Positions 30,165 to 40,991 of a stretch of 64,000 nucleotides of DNA are shown here, piece after piece. The DNA comes from Candidatus Aminicenantes bacterium. Lineage in GTDB: Bacteria; Acidobacteriota; Aminicenantia; Aminicenantales; Aminicenantaceae. The number at the start of each line of letters is the position of its first letter. Positions within the stretch are counted from its first letter, which is position 1. The stretch is from contig JAUVXM010000006.1 of the NCBI GenBank assembly GCA_030603565.1, positions 607 to 64,606 on the forward strand, given 5' to 3'. The translations under genes and the position numbers were made by a program. The notes beneath the pieces are model-generated. The model did not search any database, was not told the origin of the DNA, and worked only from the letters and a program-made list of their open reading frames with translations.

Positions 30165-31723
30165 AAAGACGAAGGTTTATGCAGACTCTGGGATTTGGAG
30201 TAGCTTCTTTGGCAGTTGCTGGATGTAAAGGCAAAGGGCTTAGGAAGGGAGCTTTGCCTAGTCCAAATATTATCTTTATTATGACTGATGACCATGCTGC
30301 CCAGGCAATAAGCTGCTATGGTTCAAAGCTTAATAAGACTCCCAATATAGATAGGATCGCAGAAGATGGCATGCGTTTTAATAATTGTTTCTGTACAAAT
30401 AGTATCTGCGCTCCCAGCCGTGCGGTTATTCTTACGGGAAAACACAGCCATCTCAATGGAGTACGGGATAACAGGGAAGAGTTTGACAGTACTCAACAGA
30501 CGTTTCCAAAAATTTTACAGGAAAAAGGGTATGAGACGGCAATGATCGGCAAGTGGCACCTTAAAAGCAGTCCGACCGGTTTTGATTACTGGAATGTACT
30601 CCCGGGACAGGGGCATTATTATAATCCTGACCTGATAGAGATGGGTGAGAAAAAACAGTATCCCGGTTATGTAACCGATATAGTAACAGATATTGCCCTT
30701 GATTTTATCCAGAAGCGGCGGGATAAGGCTAAACCGTTTATGCTGATGCTTCACCATAAAGCTCCTCACCGCAACTGGCAGCCGGCTCTGCGTCATTTAA
30801 ATAAGTATGATAATATCTACTTCCCGGAACCGGAAACGCTTTTTGATGATTATGCCACTCGTTCTGCAGCAGCCCGTGAACAGGAAATGACTCTTCGTGA
30901 ACATATGCAGCTGGAATATGACCTTAAAATGGGAGATGCTCCAAAAAGGATGACAGCTGAGCAGAAAGCAGTTTGGGAAGCAGCTTATGGTCCGAAAAAA
31001 GAGGCTTTTGAGCAGAAAAAACCTGAGGGCGATGAACTGGTCAGATGGAAATATAAACGCTATATGGAGGATTATTTGGGATGTATTGCTGGAGTGGATG
31101 AAAATATCGGCCGCTTACTTGACTACTTGAAGCAATCAGGCCTGGCAGAGAATACAATCGTTATCTATACTTCGGACCAGGGTTTTTACTTAGGAGAACA
31201 TGGTTGGTTTGACAAGCGGTTTATGTATGAAGAATCACTCCGTATGCCGCTTATCATTCGATACCCGGGGATGGAAGCTTCTATAAACGATGAACTTGTT
31301 TGCAACCTTGATTTTGCTCCCACTTTTCTTGGATTTGCCGGATTAAAGAAGCCGGAAGATATGCAGGGTATGTCTCTAAGCAGTCTTATGCTTGGGCATA
31401 AAGATGCAGAGTGGCGGCAGTCGATCTACTATCACTATTACGAATTCCCGGCAGTACACATGGTCAAACGTCACTATGGAGTGCGCACCAAACGCTTTAA
31501 ATTGATGCATTTTTATTATGATATAGATGCCTGGGAACTCTATGACTTGGAAAAAGATCCACAGGAATTAAACAATATCTATAATGAGCCGGCTTATGCA
31601 GATGCAACAGAGGAGCTTAAACTCGAGCTTAAGCGCCTGCGCAAAATATATGCTGACTCTGAGGAATTGGATAAAAGATTTCTGGAAGAGGATCTGGAAA
31701 GGCGGAGAAAAAATCAGAAATGA
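30161..31723 (+). CDS. Sulfatase (Tat-secreted, formylglycine-dependent)
   Basis: 520 aa. Twin-arginine leader MKRRRFMQTLGFGVA. Formylglycine motif C-A-P-S-R (SICAPSRAVILTGK). 4-nt overlap with the upstream gene. Confidence 0.9.
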   Translation: MKRRRFMQTLGFGVASLAVAGCKGKGLRKGALPSPNIIFIMTDDHAAQAISCYGSKLNKTPNIDRIAEDGMRFNNCFCTNSICAPSRAVILTGKHSHLNGVRDNREEFDSTQQTFPKILQEKGYETAMIGKWHLKSSPTGFDYWNVLPGQGHYYNPDLIEMGEKKQYPGYVTDIVTDIALDFIQKRRDKAKPFMLMLHHKAPHRNWQPALRHLNKYDNIYFPEPETLFDDYATRSAAAREQEMTLREHMQLEYDLKMGDAPKRMTAEQKAVWEAAYGPKKEAFEQKKPEGDELVRWKYKRYMEDYLGCIAGVDENIGRLLDYLKQSGLAENTIVIYTSDQGFYLGEHGWFDKRFMYEESLRMPLIIRYPGMEASINDELVCNLDFAPTFLGFAGLKKPEDMQGMSLSSLMLGHKDAEWRQSIYYHYYEFPAVHMVKRHYGVRTKRFKLMHFYYDIDAWELYDLEKDPQELNNIYNEPAYADATEELKLELKRLRKIYADSEELDKRFLEEDLERRRKNQK

Positions 31724-34173
31724 ATAAAAAGATGAGACTTCTGCTTGTTCCTGTATTTTTTATTTTACTTGTTTTTAATATATATTCTCAGGAAATCAAC
31801 CCGACCTCTGTGTTGTGGTACACACATCCAGCGGATAAATGGGAAAATGCTCTGCCTGTGGGAAACGGCAGGCTGGGTGCTATGGTGTTTGGCAGGACCG
31901 GAGAGGAAAAGATCCAGTTTAATGAGGAGTCCTATTGGTCAGGAGGGCCTTACAACCAGACAAGAAAAGGCGGAGCAGAAGTACTGCCTGAAATACAAAA
32001 ACTTATTTTTGCAGGAAAGTACATCAAGGCCCATAAACTTTTTGGGCAGTTTATGATGGGATATCCGGTTGAACAGATGAAATACCAGTCCTTTGGTGAC
32101 TTGATCCTTAAATTTCCGGAAAAAGGGGAGGTTAAAGAATACTTACACAGCTTAGACCTGGATAAGGCTGTAGTTGTTACAAGCTACCGTCAAAACGGGA
32201 TTAAATATAAGCGCGAGGTGTTTGTTTCCCCTGTAGATGAAGTCATTGTCATTAGAATAACGGCAGATAAGCCGGGAAGCATATCCTTTACTGCGAATTT
32301 AAGGGGATACCGGAATCAAGCCCATTCAAATTATGCCACTGATTATTTTCATATGGACGGATATGGAGATGATGGTTTGATCTTGCAGGGGAAATCGGCG
32401 GATTACCTGGGGGTGGAAGGTAAACTTCGGTTTCAGGGGCGCCTAAAAGCCCTATCTGAGGGTGGGGCAATCCGGGTCGATGAAACAGATTTGAAAGTCT
32501 CTGGTGCTGATGCTGTAATCCTTTACATAGCTGCTGCGACTAATTTTGTAGATTACAGGGATGTAAGCGCAAACCCTGACAAAAGAGTTAAGGCAGTGCT
32601 AAGAGCAGTTGCAGGAAAAGAATTTGAGGAAGTTAAAGACGCCCACATCAAAGAGCATCAAAGATTGTTCCGGAGGGTATCTGTGGATTTTGGCAGCCGT
32701 CCTGACTCATTTTTGCCTACAGATGAAAGGCTGGTAAAATTTACTGGAGAAAACGACCCGGCCCTGGCAGCACTCTGTTTACAATTCGGCCGTTACCTGC
32801 TGATATCTTCCTCGCGGGCTGGCACCCAACCGGCAAACCTACAGGGAATCTGGAACCAGGATATGAATCCTTCTTGGGATTCAAAATATACTACTAATAT
32901 AAACACAGAGATGAACTACTGGCCGGCTGAGGTAGGAAACTTAAGTGAATGTACGGAACCACTTATAAAAATGATAAAGGAATTAACTGTACAGGGAAGG
33001 GAGGTAGCGCGCGAACATTATGGGGCAGAAGGATGGGTGTTTCATCAGAATACAGACATCTGGAGAGTTGCTGCTCCCATGGACGGTCCGGACTGGGGTG
33101 CTTTTACAACTGGGGGAGCTTGGCTTTGTACCCATCTGTGGGAACATTATCTTTTTTGCCGGGATAAGGATTTTTTAAGGCAGATATATCCGGTGCTAAA
33201 GGGAAGTGTTGACTTTTTTCTTGATTTTCTGATTGAACATCCGAAACATGGCTGGCTGGTCACCAATCCATCCACTTCACCCGAAAATTTTCCAGCATGG
33301 CCGGGAAATGAGAGGTTCTTTGATGAAGTATGTGCCTGGATGAGCCCGGGTACGACTATTTGCGCCGGTTCGGCCATTGATATGCAGATATTAAGTGATT
33401 TGTTTTTATATGTGGCTAAGGCAGCTGATATTCTAGGGATAGACCAGGAGTTTAGCCAGAAGGTCTTGAGTACGCGCGAAAAATTGGCGCCGATACAGAT
33501 CGGCCAAAAAGGTGATCTTCAGGAATGGCTGGAGGATTGGGGACAGAAAGAAAAGAGCCACCGCCATATCTCTAACCTGTATGGCTTATTTCCCGGTAAT
33601 CAGATAAGTGCAAGAAGAACACCCGAATTGGCTGAAGGCTGCCGAGTTGTGTTGGAGCAGCGGGGGCTTGCTGGGAACGGTTGGTCTTCCGCCTGGAAAA
33701 TGGCATGTTGGGCCAGGCTGTTAAATGGCGCAAAAGCTGGGGATAATTTTAATTATTATATCCACAATTATGTGTTTGATAACCTTTTTGCTATCTGCTC
33801 AAAATCTTTACAGGTGGATGGGTCATTTGGAGTGTCAGCTGCGGTAGCTGAGATGATCTTGCAATCCCATGAAGATGAAATATTTTTACTACCTGCATTA
33901 CCAAAGTTCTGGAAAAATGGGGAAGTCAGAGGCTTGTGGGCGCGGGGAGGATTTGAGGTGGATATAAAGTGGGAAAAAACTCGCCTGATTTCAGCTTTAA
34001 TCCTATCCCGGCAGGGAAATAAATGTCGGCTTCGCACAAGCCATGCGGTAGATGTTTATAATAATGGCGTCAAGATCAAAGTTAAAAGATATGATAAAGA
34101 CCTGATTGAATTTGATACAGAAAAAGATGAGTTTTATAAGATAGTCATCTTCATCCAGGGGGCAGAGTTGTGA
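31720..34173 (+). CDS. Glycoside hydrolase family 95 (alpha-L-fucosidase)
   Basis: 817 aa with a signal peptide. Conserved GH95 blocks [13 protein letters not shown]...[10 protein letters not shown] and [12 protein letters not shown]. 4-nt overlap with the upstream gene. Confidence 0.8.
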   Translation: MNKKMRLLLVPVFFILLVFNIYSQEINPTSVLWYTHPADKWENALPVGNGRLGAMVFGRTGEEKIQFNEESYWSGGPYNQTRKGGAEVLPEIQKLIFAGKYIKAHKLFGQFMMGYPVEQMKYQSFGDLILKFPEKGEVKEYLHSLDLDKAVVVTSYRQNGIKYKREVFVSPVDEVIVIRITADKPGSISFTANLRGYRNQAHSNYATDYFHMDGYGDDGLILQGKSADYLGVEGKLRFQGRLKALSEGGAIRVDETDLKVSGADAVILYIAAATNFVDYRDVSANPDKRVKAVLRAVAGKEFEEVKDAHIKEHQRLFRRVSVDFGSRPDSFLPTDERLVKFTGENDPALAALCLQFGRYLLISSSRAGTQPANLQGIWNQDMNPSWDSKYTTNINTEMNYWPAEVGNLSECTEPLIKMIKELTVQGREVAREHYGAEGWVFHQNTDIWRVAAPMDGPDWGAFTTGGAWLCTHLWEHYLFCRDKDFLRQIYPVLKGSVDFFLDFLIEHPKHGWLVTNPSTSPENFPAWPGNERFFDEVCAWMSPGTTICAGSAIDMQILSDLFLYVAKAADILGIDQEFSQKVLSTREKLAPIQIGQKGDLQEWLEDWGQKEKSHRHISNLYGLFPGNQISARRTPELAEGCRVVLEQRGLAGNGWSSAWKMACWARLLNGAKAGDNFNYYIHNYVFDNLFAICSKSLQVDGSFGVSAAVAEMILQSHEDEIFLLPALPKFWKNGEVRGLWARGGFEVDIKWEKTRLISALILSRQGNKCRLRTSHAVDVYNNGVKIKVKRYDKDLIEFDTEKDEFYKIVIFIQGAEL

Positions 34174-35135
34174 AAATCAGCCACTGCACTACCTGGAGGG
34201 ACCAGCTTGTCACAGGCTTCCCGGATATTTTCATCCAAGCTCATTTCCATTACCGGAAAAAGCTCCTTAAGCTGCTCTACTGTACGGGGGCCTATTAAGG
34301 GAGCTGTGATTCCCGGCTGCTCTTTTATCCAGAGGATCGCCAGTTGGGCAGGGGATATCTTGTGTTTTCGGGCCAGATGCACGAACCGGTTGCCGGTTGC
34401 TACGGCTTTTGGGGTCACCCGATCAGCATAAATACCGCCGCGCAATGAGGCACGAGATTTTTTGGGGTATGCTTTCCCATCTGCATAGCGTCCGGCCAGC
34501 ATTCCCATAGCCAGGGGGGACCAGGGGATAATGCCAAGCCCGTGCTCCCGGCACATGGGGACCAGTTCGTTTTCTATGCGGCGGTCAAGGAGATTATAGG
34601 GGGGCTGCTCGGATATAAAACGGCTTAAACCTTTCTCTTCGCTAATTTTAATCCCTTCGAGTACTTTCCAGGCAGGAGCAGTGGAACTGCCGATATAACG
34701 TACTTTTCCCTGGCGGACCAGGTCGGTCATAGCACCCAGTGTTTCGTCCAGGGGGATGTCAAACGAAGGGCGGTGTGTCTGGTATAAGTCGATGTAATCC
34801 GTTTGCAGCCGGCGGAGAGAATCCTCGCAAGCTTTGATGATGTGTAAGCGGGAATTTCCTTTTTCGTTGGGGCCGGGCCCTACCGGGTAATGAACTTTTG
34901 TAGCGATTATCGCCTGCTGACGACGGCCGTTTTTTACAAATGCCCGTCCTATGATCCGTTCGCTTTCTCCCTGAGCATAGATGTTGCTTGTGTCGATAAA
35001 ATTAATTCCGGCGTCCAGAGAAGCCTCGAGCATTCTGATCGCTTCTTTTTCAGGGGTAGGATTGGCAAAATTATCTGTTCCTAAACACAAGGGTGATACT
35101 TTCACTCCTGTTCTTCCTAAGGTTCTGTATTCCAT
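34134..35135 (-). CDS. Aldo/keto reductase family oxidoreductase
   Basis: 333 aa AKR with an N-terminus [14 protein letters not shown]. Confidence 0.85.
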   Translation of the reverse strand: MEYRTLGRTGVKVSPLCLGTDNFANPTPEKEAIRMLEASLDAGINFIDTSNIYAQGESERIIGRAFVKNGRRQQAIIATKVHYPVGPGPNEKGNSRLHIIKACEDSLRRLQTDYIDLYQTHRPSFDIPLDETLGAMTDLVRQGKVRYIGSSTAPAWKVLEGIKISEEKGLSRFISEQPPYNLLDRRIENELVPMCREHGLGIIPWSPLAMGMLAGRYADGKAYPKKSRASLRGGIYADRVTPKAVATGNRFVHLARKHKISPAQLAILWIKEQPGITAPLIGPRTVEQLKELFPVMEMSLDENIREACDKLVPPGSAVADFHNSAPWMKMTIL

Positions 35136-35155
35136 GGTAATGTCCTTTCCTTTAA

Positions 35156-35194
35156 CTTGAACTATTCATAAAAAATGTCGCTACATATAATATA
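35156..35194 (-). promoter_or_regulatory. Conserved intergenic motif (family C), site a, 22 nt upstream of the AKR start codon
   Basis: The minus strand reads GCGACATTTTTTATGAATAGTTCAAG. This matches the consensus shared by seven sites. Confidence 0.4.
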
Positions 35195-35249
35195 AAGTAA
35201 TAGGCAAATTGTAAATAAGGGGTCGAGAATCCTAGAATCCTTTATATTA

Positions 35250-35999
35250 TTATCCGGCTGTATATCCGGCATCGACTGTCACTAAGGAGCCGGTCATATA
35301 ACTGGCTGCATCTGAAGCTAAAAACAAGACTACACGGGCGATTTCGATTGGCTCAGCCAGCCGTCCCAGGGGAACTGTTTCTTCCGCTAATTTCTGCAAG
35401 TCTTTTGGTGTTGGGGGAGTCAGCCGTTCTGAGGCAAGCATGGGAGTGTTGACCTCACCGGGACAGACGGCATTTATGCGGATACCGTCTTTTACATGGT
35501 CTAGGGCCATGGCCTTTGTGATCTGGTGAACAGCTCCTTTGGAAGCGCAGTAGGCAACTACACCGGATGCCCCCCTTTCTCCCCAGATAGAGCCGAAATT
35601 AATAATAGCACCTTTTGCCTGTTTTTTCATGGGAACGATCGCTGCTCTGCTCATATAGAACACACCATTTACATTTACGGCCATTACCCTGCGCCAGGCT
35701 TCGTCTGAAGTGCCTAAAGCATCTGCTCTTGCAATAGTACCTGCACAGTTTACGAGAACATCCAGCCGGCCGTGCTGTTTTAGTACAGAATCAACAGCAT
35801 GCTGACAGAAGGAAGAATCACTGACATCGCCGATAAGGGGCGGCTGGCTGCCGATTTCTGCAGCGACTTTTTCTGCCGTTTCAGGGTTGATATCAACGAT
35901 AATGACCTTGCCTCCTGCTGATGTGAATTCCCGGGCTGTGGCAGCTCCCATGCCGGATGCTGCGCCTGTGATTAATGCTATTTTACCGCTAAAATCCAT
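35250..35999 (-). CDS. Short-chain dehydrogenase/reductase (FabG-like)
   Basis: 249 aa. TGAASGMGAA Rossmann motif and a Y-x3-K catalytic dyad (YCASK). Confidence 0.85.
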   Translation of the reverse strand: MDFSGKIALITGAASGMGAATAREFTSAGGKVIIVDINPETAEKVAAEIGSQPPLIGDVSDSSFCQHAVDSVLKQHGRLDVLVNCAGTIARADALGTSDEAWRRVMAVNVNGVFYMSRAAIVPMKKQAKGAIINFGSIWGERGASGVVAYCASKGAVHQITKAMALDHVKDGIRINAVCPGEVNTPMLASERLTPPTPKDLQKLAEETVPLGRLAEPIEIARVVLFLASDAASYMTGSLVTVDAGYTAG

Positions 36000-36117
36000 G
36001 TTTTCTCCTCTTCCGGGGACTATCCCCAGACTTAGAGCAATCTCGTTATAATGTTAGCATATTTAGCATAGGTAATTCCACCCTTCCTAAATTTAATGGA
36101 GTCTGACCATTTTTTTT

Positions 36118-36267
36118 AGAATTTTACATTGAGGACGCTGAGGACATGGATAAATGCAAGAAAATATTAGACACAGATTTACGCGGATAAAAAAAAGATG
36201 TTATTTTGTTTTGCCGATGAATCGTCAAAACAAAATAACCATTCATCACTTCGCTCCGCGAAGTAAC
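36118..36267 (+). repeat. Family-B repeat, copy 2 (core only; no 3' inverted repeat)
   Basis: About 85% identical to 13059-13218. The hairpin at 36200-36239 shows compensatory changes relative to copy 1. Confidence 0.75.
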
Positions 36268-36308
36268 CGGTTTTTCCACTTTCTGTTTTCCATTTACCGT
36301 ACTTTTGC

Positions 36309-37910
36309 TTGAATTTACCTGTAGGGATAGATAAAATGATTTTGATGAAATTTGTAAGTGTGTTTAATGATGTGATGGGTCCGGTAATGCGGGGGCCTTC
36401 AAGTTCGCATACTGCTGGTTCTTATCGGATTGGATGTATGGCTCGTTCCCTGCTTGGGAAAGTGCCGGAAGCAGCGAGATTTACCTTTGATCCGGGGGGC
36501 TCTTATGCTCAAGTTTATCGGCAGCAGGGAGTGGACCTGGCTTTTGCCGCAGGAATTTTAGGCTGGGAATTAACAGATGAAAGGTTCTTTTCGGCCTTAG
36601 AAGAGGCGAAAAAGCAAAAAATCAAGATTGAATTCAGAGTTGCTCCTTTGCCTGGTTCTTTTCATCCCAATGCCGTTAAAATAAATTTATCCCCTAAGCA
36701 AGGAGTAGAACTGGAAATATCCGCCAAATCGACCGGAGGAGGGGGGATGCTTATTGATCAGATCGGAAGATGGCAGGTGGCTTTAGACGGGAAAACCTAT
36801 TTCTTTTTGATTGAATGTAAAGGGAGGGCAGAATCCCAAGTTAGAGAGATATTATCAACCGTAAAGGGGAGATATTACGAGAAAGGCAGAATTACAGAAG
36901 GTAAAAAGTCATTACTTATATTTCAAGGAGTAGATGATTTGGAGCCGGAGATCTATGCTAAATTAAAAAGAATACCGGAAGTTAAAAGAACATGGAAGAG
37001 TGAGCCGGTATTTTATATGCAGCGGGGTGAGCCTATTTTCCAAAATTATAAGGCTATGGTCCAGATAATAAAGGAGTTGAATTGTTCTCTGGGAGAGGCC
37101 ATCCTTAAATATGAGTCTCAGTTGTTGGGAATTGACAGAGAGGGGATTATCAAAAAGATGTTGGAGCGTTTTGCGGTAATGAAAGCAGCTGTTGAGCAAG
37201 GATTGGAATTAAAAAATATCGATATGCAGCTGCTTAGCCCTAGTGCAGGAAAAATATTAAAGGCTGAAGCGGAAGAAAGAGTAGCAATTGGAGGGATTCA
37301 TACTCAAGCAGCTGCCCGGGCTATGGCAGTAATGCATATAAATAACAGCATGGGAATTGTATGTGCAGCTCCAACCGGCGGGTCAGCCGGGGTGATCCCT
37401 GGTGTAATGATCACTTTGCTGGAAGAAAAAAAGCTTAAACCGGAAGAGATTGCCCTATCATTACTGGCTGCTTCCGGAATAGGATTGCTGATAGCTATCC
37501 AAGCCACTTTTGCCGCGGAAGTTGCAGGCTGCCAAGTAGAGATCGGGGCCGCAGGGGCAATGGCAGCCGCTGCTGTAGTTGAAGCGTGTAGAGGCTGTGC
37601 CAGGGATGCTTTGGATGCAGCTGCTATTGCACTTCAGAATACTATGGGTTCTGTGTGTGACTTGGTCCAGGGAATGTGTGAAATTCCCTGTCACACACGT
37701 AATGCAGCGGCAGCATCGAATGCATTTGTCTGTGCTGACCTTATTATGGGAGGGTATAAAAATCCAATCCCTCTGGATGAGACAATTGATGCGGCTTATT
37801 CCGCCGGCAAAATGCTTCCCAGGGAACTAAGATGCACTGCCCTAGGCGGCTTAGCCCAAACCCCCACAGCTCTGAAGCTAAAAAAACAGGAAGATAGCCC
37901 CGCTACTTAG
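36309..37910 (+). CDS. sdaA: L-serine dehydratase, iron-sulfur-dependent (fused beta-alpha)
   Basis: 533 aa. The N-terminal block SVFNDVMGPVMRGPSSSHTAG is characteristic of L-serine dehydratase. Cysteine-containing alpha-domain motifs follow. Confidence 0.6.
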   Translation: MNLPVGIDKMILMKFVSVFNDVMGPVMRGPSSSHTAGSYRIGCMARSLLGKVPEAARFTFDPGGSYAQVYRQQGVDLAFAAGILGWELTDERFFSALEEAKKQKIKIEFRVAPLPGSFHPNAVKINLSPKQGVELEISAKSTGGGGMLIDQIGRWQVALDGKTYFFLIECKGRAESQVREILSTVKGRYYEKGRITEGKKSLLIFQGVDDLEPEIYAKLKRIPEVKRTWKSEPVFYMQRGEPIFQNYKAMVQIIKELNCSLGEAILKYESQLLGIDREGIIKKMLERFAVMKAAVEQGLELKNIDMQLLSPSAGKILKAEAEERVAIGGIHTQAAARAMAVMHINNSMGIVCAAPTGGSAGVIPGVMITLLEEKKLKPEEIALSLLAASGIGLLIAIQATFAAEVAGCQVEIGAAGAMAAAAVVEACRGCARDALDAAAIALQNTMGSVCDLVQGMCEIPCHTRNAAAASNAFVCADLIMGGYKNPIPLDETIDAAYSAGKMLPRELRCTALGGLAQTPTALKLKKQEDSPAT

Positions 37911-38000
37911 CCTGGAGATATAGGGACATCCTACTTAATTAATTCAGAAGTCATTAATATGATTAAGAATTAAGTATGATGTCCATATCTTTCAAGAGCT

Positions 38001-38155
38001 GGCATGGATACTGGTAAATCCCGGAGAAAGCCATCCGGAGCAACGCGGGCATGGTTCCTCGAGAGAATCTCGAGGAGAGCGTTATGAGGACAGGAAGGGA
38101 TTTCCCCGCTGGGGAAAATCCCTGTCTTTCGAAGGGACTTACCAGTATCCAGGCC
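38001..38155 (+). repeat. Family-A structured intergenic element, copy 2. The conserved 3' tail extends to about 38200.
   Basis: Terminal inverted repeats GGCATGGATACTGGTAA...TTACCAGTATCCAGGCC. The internal hairpins match those of copies 1 and 3. Confidence 0.8.
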
Positions 38156-38286
38156 TTACATCTCTTGTAAGTTTAAAAAATTGGGGAAACTCCAAATCTA
38201 TATTCTTCTTGATATTTTTCAATTACTTGATATTATTTGTAGCGATATTTTTAGTGCATAATTCATGATAATCGAGGAGGAATCAT

Positions 38287-39678
38287 ATGTTTGATGCTAA
38301 GATTTATAAACAAAGAAGAGATCGTTTGAAAAAGCAGGTAGGTTCAGGCGTAATCTTATTTCTGGGAAATGATGAAAGCCCGATGAATTATCCGGCCAAT
38401 CCTTATCATTTTCGTCAGGACAGCTCGTTCCTTTATTTTTTCGGGCTTGATTCAGCGGGGCTGGCCGGTCTTGTCGATATTGATAACAACAAGGACATGA
38501 TTTTTGGTAATGATGTAGATGTTGAAGATATTATCTGGATGGGTTTTCAACCTCTTCTTAAAGACAGAGCCGTTAAAGTCGGAGTAGAGGAGACAGCTCC
38601 CCTGGATAAGCTTGAGGAGACCCTTAAAAATAGTCTGCGTAACGGCCAAAAAGTTCATTTTTTACATCCCTACAGGGTTGAGAATGTTGTCAAAATAGAG
38701 CAGTTACTTGGGATTAAATCTGCTGGAATAAAAGATTATGTTTCTAAGGAATTGGTAAAAGCTGTAGTAGAGCAGAGGTCTGTAAAGATAGATGAGGAAA
38801 TAGAGCAGATAGAGATCGCTTTAGAAGCTTCATATAAGATGCATACTACTGCTATGAAAATGACCAAGCCCGGCAGGTATGAAATAGAGATCTCTGGAGC
38901 TATTGAAGGGATTGCCTTATCACACGGAGCAGGGGTGTCTTTTCCCGTGATTTTAAGCATCGATGGGCAGACCCTTCATAATCATTATCATGGGAATCAG
39001 CTTAAAGAGGGGAGGATGGTGGTTAATGATTCAGGGGCTGAGTCTTCTCTGCATTATGCTGCTGATATTACCAGGACGATTCCAGTAAGCGGTAAATTTT
39101 CCCCAAAACAAGCCCAGATATATAATCTTGTTTTAAAAGCTCAAGAGGAAGGGATACAAGCGATTAAACCTGGGATTAAATACCGGGATGTTCACCTTAA
39201 GGCGGTTACAGTCATAGCTTCCGGGCTTAAAGAACTAGGTTTGATGAAGGGAGATGTGGATGAGGCAGTTAAAGCTGGAGCGCATGCTCTTTTTATGCCC
39301 CACGGATTAGGGCATATGATGGGTCTTGACGTACATGATATGGAGGATATAGGTGAAGACCAGGTTGGCTATGATAATAATACAAATAGAAGTGAACAGT
39401 TCGGACTTGCATATTTAAGGCTTGCTAAGGAACTTAAACCTGGAAATGTCCTTACAGTAGAACCCGGAATTTATTTCATTCCCGCTTTAATTGATAAATG
39501 GAGCAAAGAGGATAAATTTGCTGAATATATTGATTATAATAAAGTGGAAGAGTATAGAGATTTCAGCGGTATCCGGATCGAAGATGATGTGCTGGTTACA
39601 GATGATGGTTACAGAGTGCTTGGAAAACCCATTCCCAAGACAGTGGAGGATGTAGAAGCAATCACCGGCACGGAATAA
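38287..39678 (+). CDS. pepP: Xaa-Pro aminopeptidase (M24B, PepP)
   Basis: 463 aa. Creatinase-like N-domain and M24 metal-ligand motifs (HGLGHMMGLDVHD, ...EPG). The RBS GAGGAGG precedes the start. Confidence 0.85.
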   Translation: MFDAKIYKQRRDRLKKQVGSGVILFLGNDESPMNYPANPYHFRQDSSFLYFFGLDSAGLAGLVDIDNNKDMIFGNDVDVEDIIWMGFQPLLKDRAVKVGVEETAPLDKLEETLKNSLRNGQKVHFLHPYRVENVVKIEQLLGIKSAGIKDYVSKELVKAVVEQRSVKIDEEIEQIEIALEASYKMHTTAMKMTKPGRYEIEISGAIEGIALSHGAGVSFPVILSIDGQTLHNHYHGNQLKEGRMVVNDSGAESSLHYAADITRTIPVSGKFSPKQAQIYNLVLKAQEEGIQAIKPGIKYRDVHLKAVTVIASGLKELGLMKGDVDEAVKAGAHALFMPHGLGHMMGLDVHDMEDIGEDQVGYDNNTNRSEQFGLAYLRLAKELKPGNVLTVEPGIYFIPALIDKWSKEDKFAEYIDYNKVEEYRDFSGIRIEDDVLVTDDGYRVLGKPIPKTVEDVEAITGTE

Positions 39679-39680
39679 GA

Positions 39681-40985
39681 TTAATAGAGGGATGGCTCTT
39701 TTTTTGGGCCGATTATGACTTGAACTCTTTTTTCTGGAGCAAGTATTTTTTGGATGAATGTGTTGATTTCCTCTGCAGACACGGTATTTATCTCCTCGAT
39801 AAACTTTGCAAAATAGCTGTAATCAAGGCCGATCGTCTCGAAATTCCCTCTAGTAAGAGCCCGGCTTTCTTTGGTCTCATTATTACGCAGGAAAAGGGCT
39901 TTTGAATAGGATTTAGTCATGCTCAGTTCCTCTTCTGTTACTCCGTTAGAATGAAGTTCATCAAGCACCCGGATAAAGGAATCAAGGGCAGATTCCTGTT
40001 TTGTGTGTTCCGTTTCTATAAAGGCTTCAAAGATCCCCCCGGCGCTAAAATAGGTTACTCGTGCCTGAACAGTATAGGCGAGTTTTTTTTCCGCTCGTAA
40101 TGGCCACAACCTTGAACCAACTCCTTTACCTAAAAGGTTTGTTGTAAGAGTGGCAAGTAGATAATTCCGGGGAGATAATTGTGGCAGGAGATAGCCGGCA
40201 GATATAAGAGATCGATAGGAATCCTTTTCAATAAATTGCTCTTTCTCTTTTGATATGGAAGAAAATGAGAGAAGTTTAGAACCCGGAAGCTTCCCGGCAT
40301 GAAAATCTCCAAAGAATTTTTTTATCAAATCCAAAATCGTTTGTTTCTCGAGATCGCTTGAAATAGAAAAAACCATGTTGCCGGTTAGAAAATGATTTTC
40401 ATAGAATGACTTGATGTCTTTTTTCTTAATAGATATTAGGGAGTTTTCGCTGCCATAAATAGGTCCAGCAAAAGGTGTCCCTGCCATAAAAATATCTGTA
40501 ATTGCATAGTGAGCGGCAATTACAGGCTCGTCCGATTCCATTTTTCTGCTTTGGGTCATCTGTTTTTTTATTCTGTCTATCCTTATATTTGAAAATAGCG
40601 GTTTACCTAAGATCTGGGAAGTGATTTTTAATGTATTATCAAGGTTTTCTGAAAGGCATGCTATTGTAATTAGAGAATAATCTTCTTTGCAGACAATATA
40701 CAGGCGGGTAGCCTGATCCATAAGAGCTTGTAGTTTGTTCTGGTCCGGGATTTCAATGGCCAGGCGTGTCGTCAGATAAGCGAGGCCGGCTTTTCCCTCC
40801 GGTTCCGCCCCTTTTCCACCTTTTATAAAAATCTGAAAAACAGAGACTTTCGAAGAAATGTTTTTTTCGAAAATAGCGGTTAGGCCGTTTTCTAAAACAA
40901 TTTTTTCAGAGAATAAAAAAATTGTCTGCAGAGTGAATAAAATAAAGCATATAGATAACTTATTTTTTACTGAATATTTTCGCAT
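39681..40985 (-). CDS. M16-family peptidase, non-catalytic subunit (no HxxEH motif)
   Basis: 434 aa with a signal peptide and M16 fold. Paired with the catalytic M16 gene upstream. Confidence 0.7.
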   Translation of the reverse strand: MRKYSVKNKLSICFILFTLQTIFLFSEKIVLENGLTAIFEKNISSKVSVFQIFIKGGKGAEPEGKAGLAYLTTRLAIEIPDQNKLQALMDQATRLYIVCKEDYSLITIACLSENLDNTLKITSQILGKPLFSNIRIDRIKKQMTQSRKMESDEPVIAAHYAITDIFMAGTPFAGPIYGSENSLISIKKKDIKSFYENHFLTGNMVFSISSDLEKQTILDLIKKFFGDFHAGKLPGSKLLSFSSISKEKEQFIEKDSYRSLISAGYLLPQLSPRNYLLATLTTNLLGKGVGSRLWPLRAEKKLAYTVQARVTYFSAGGIFEAFIETEHTKQESALDSFIRVLDELHSNGVTEEELSMTKSYSKALFLRNNETKESRALTRGNFETIGLDYSYFAKFIEEINTVSAEEINTFIQKILAPEKRVQVIIGPKKEPSLY

Positions 40986-40991
40986 TTTGTT

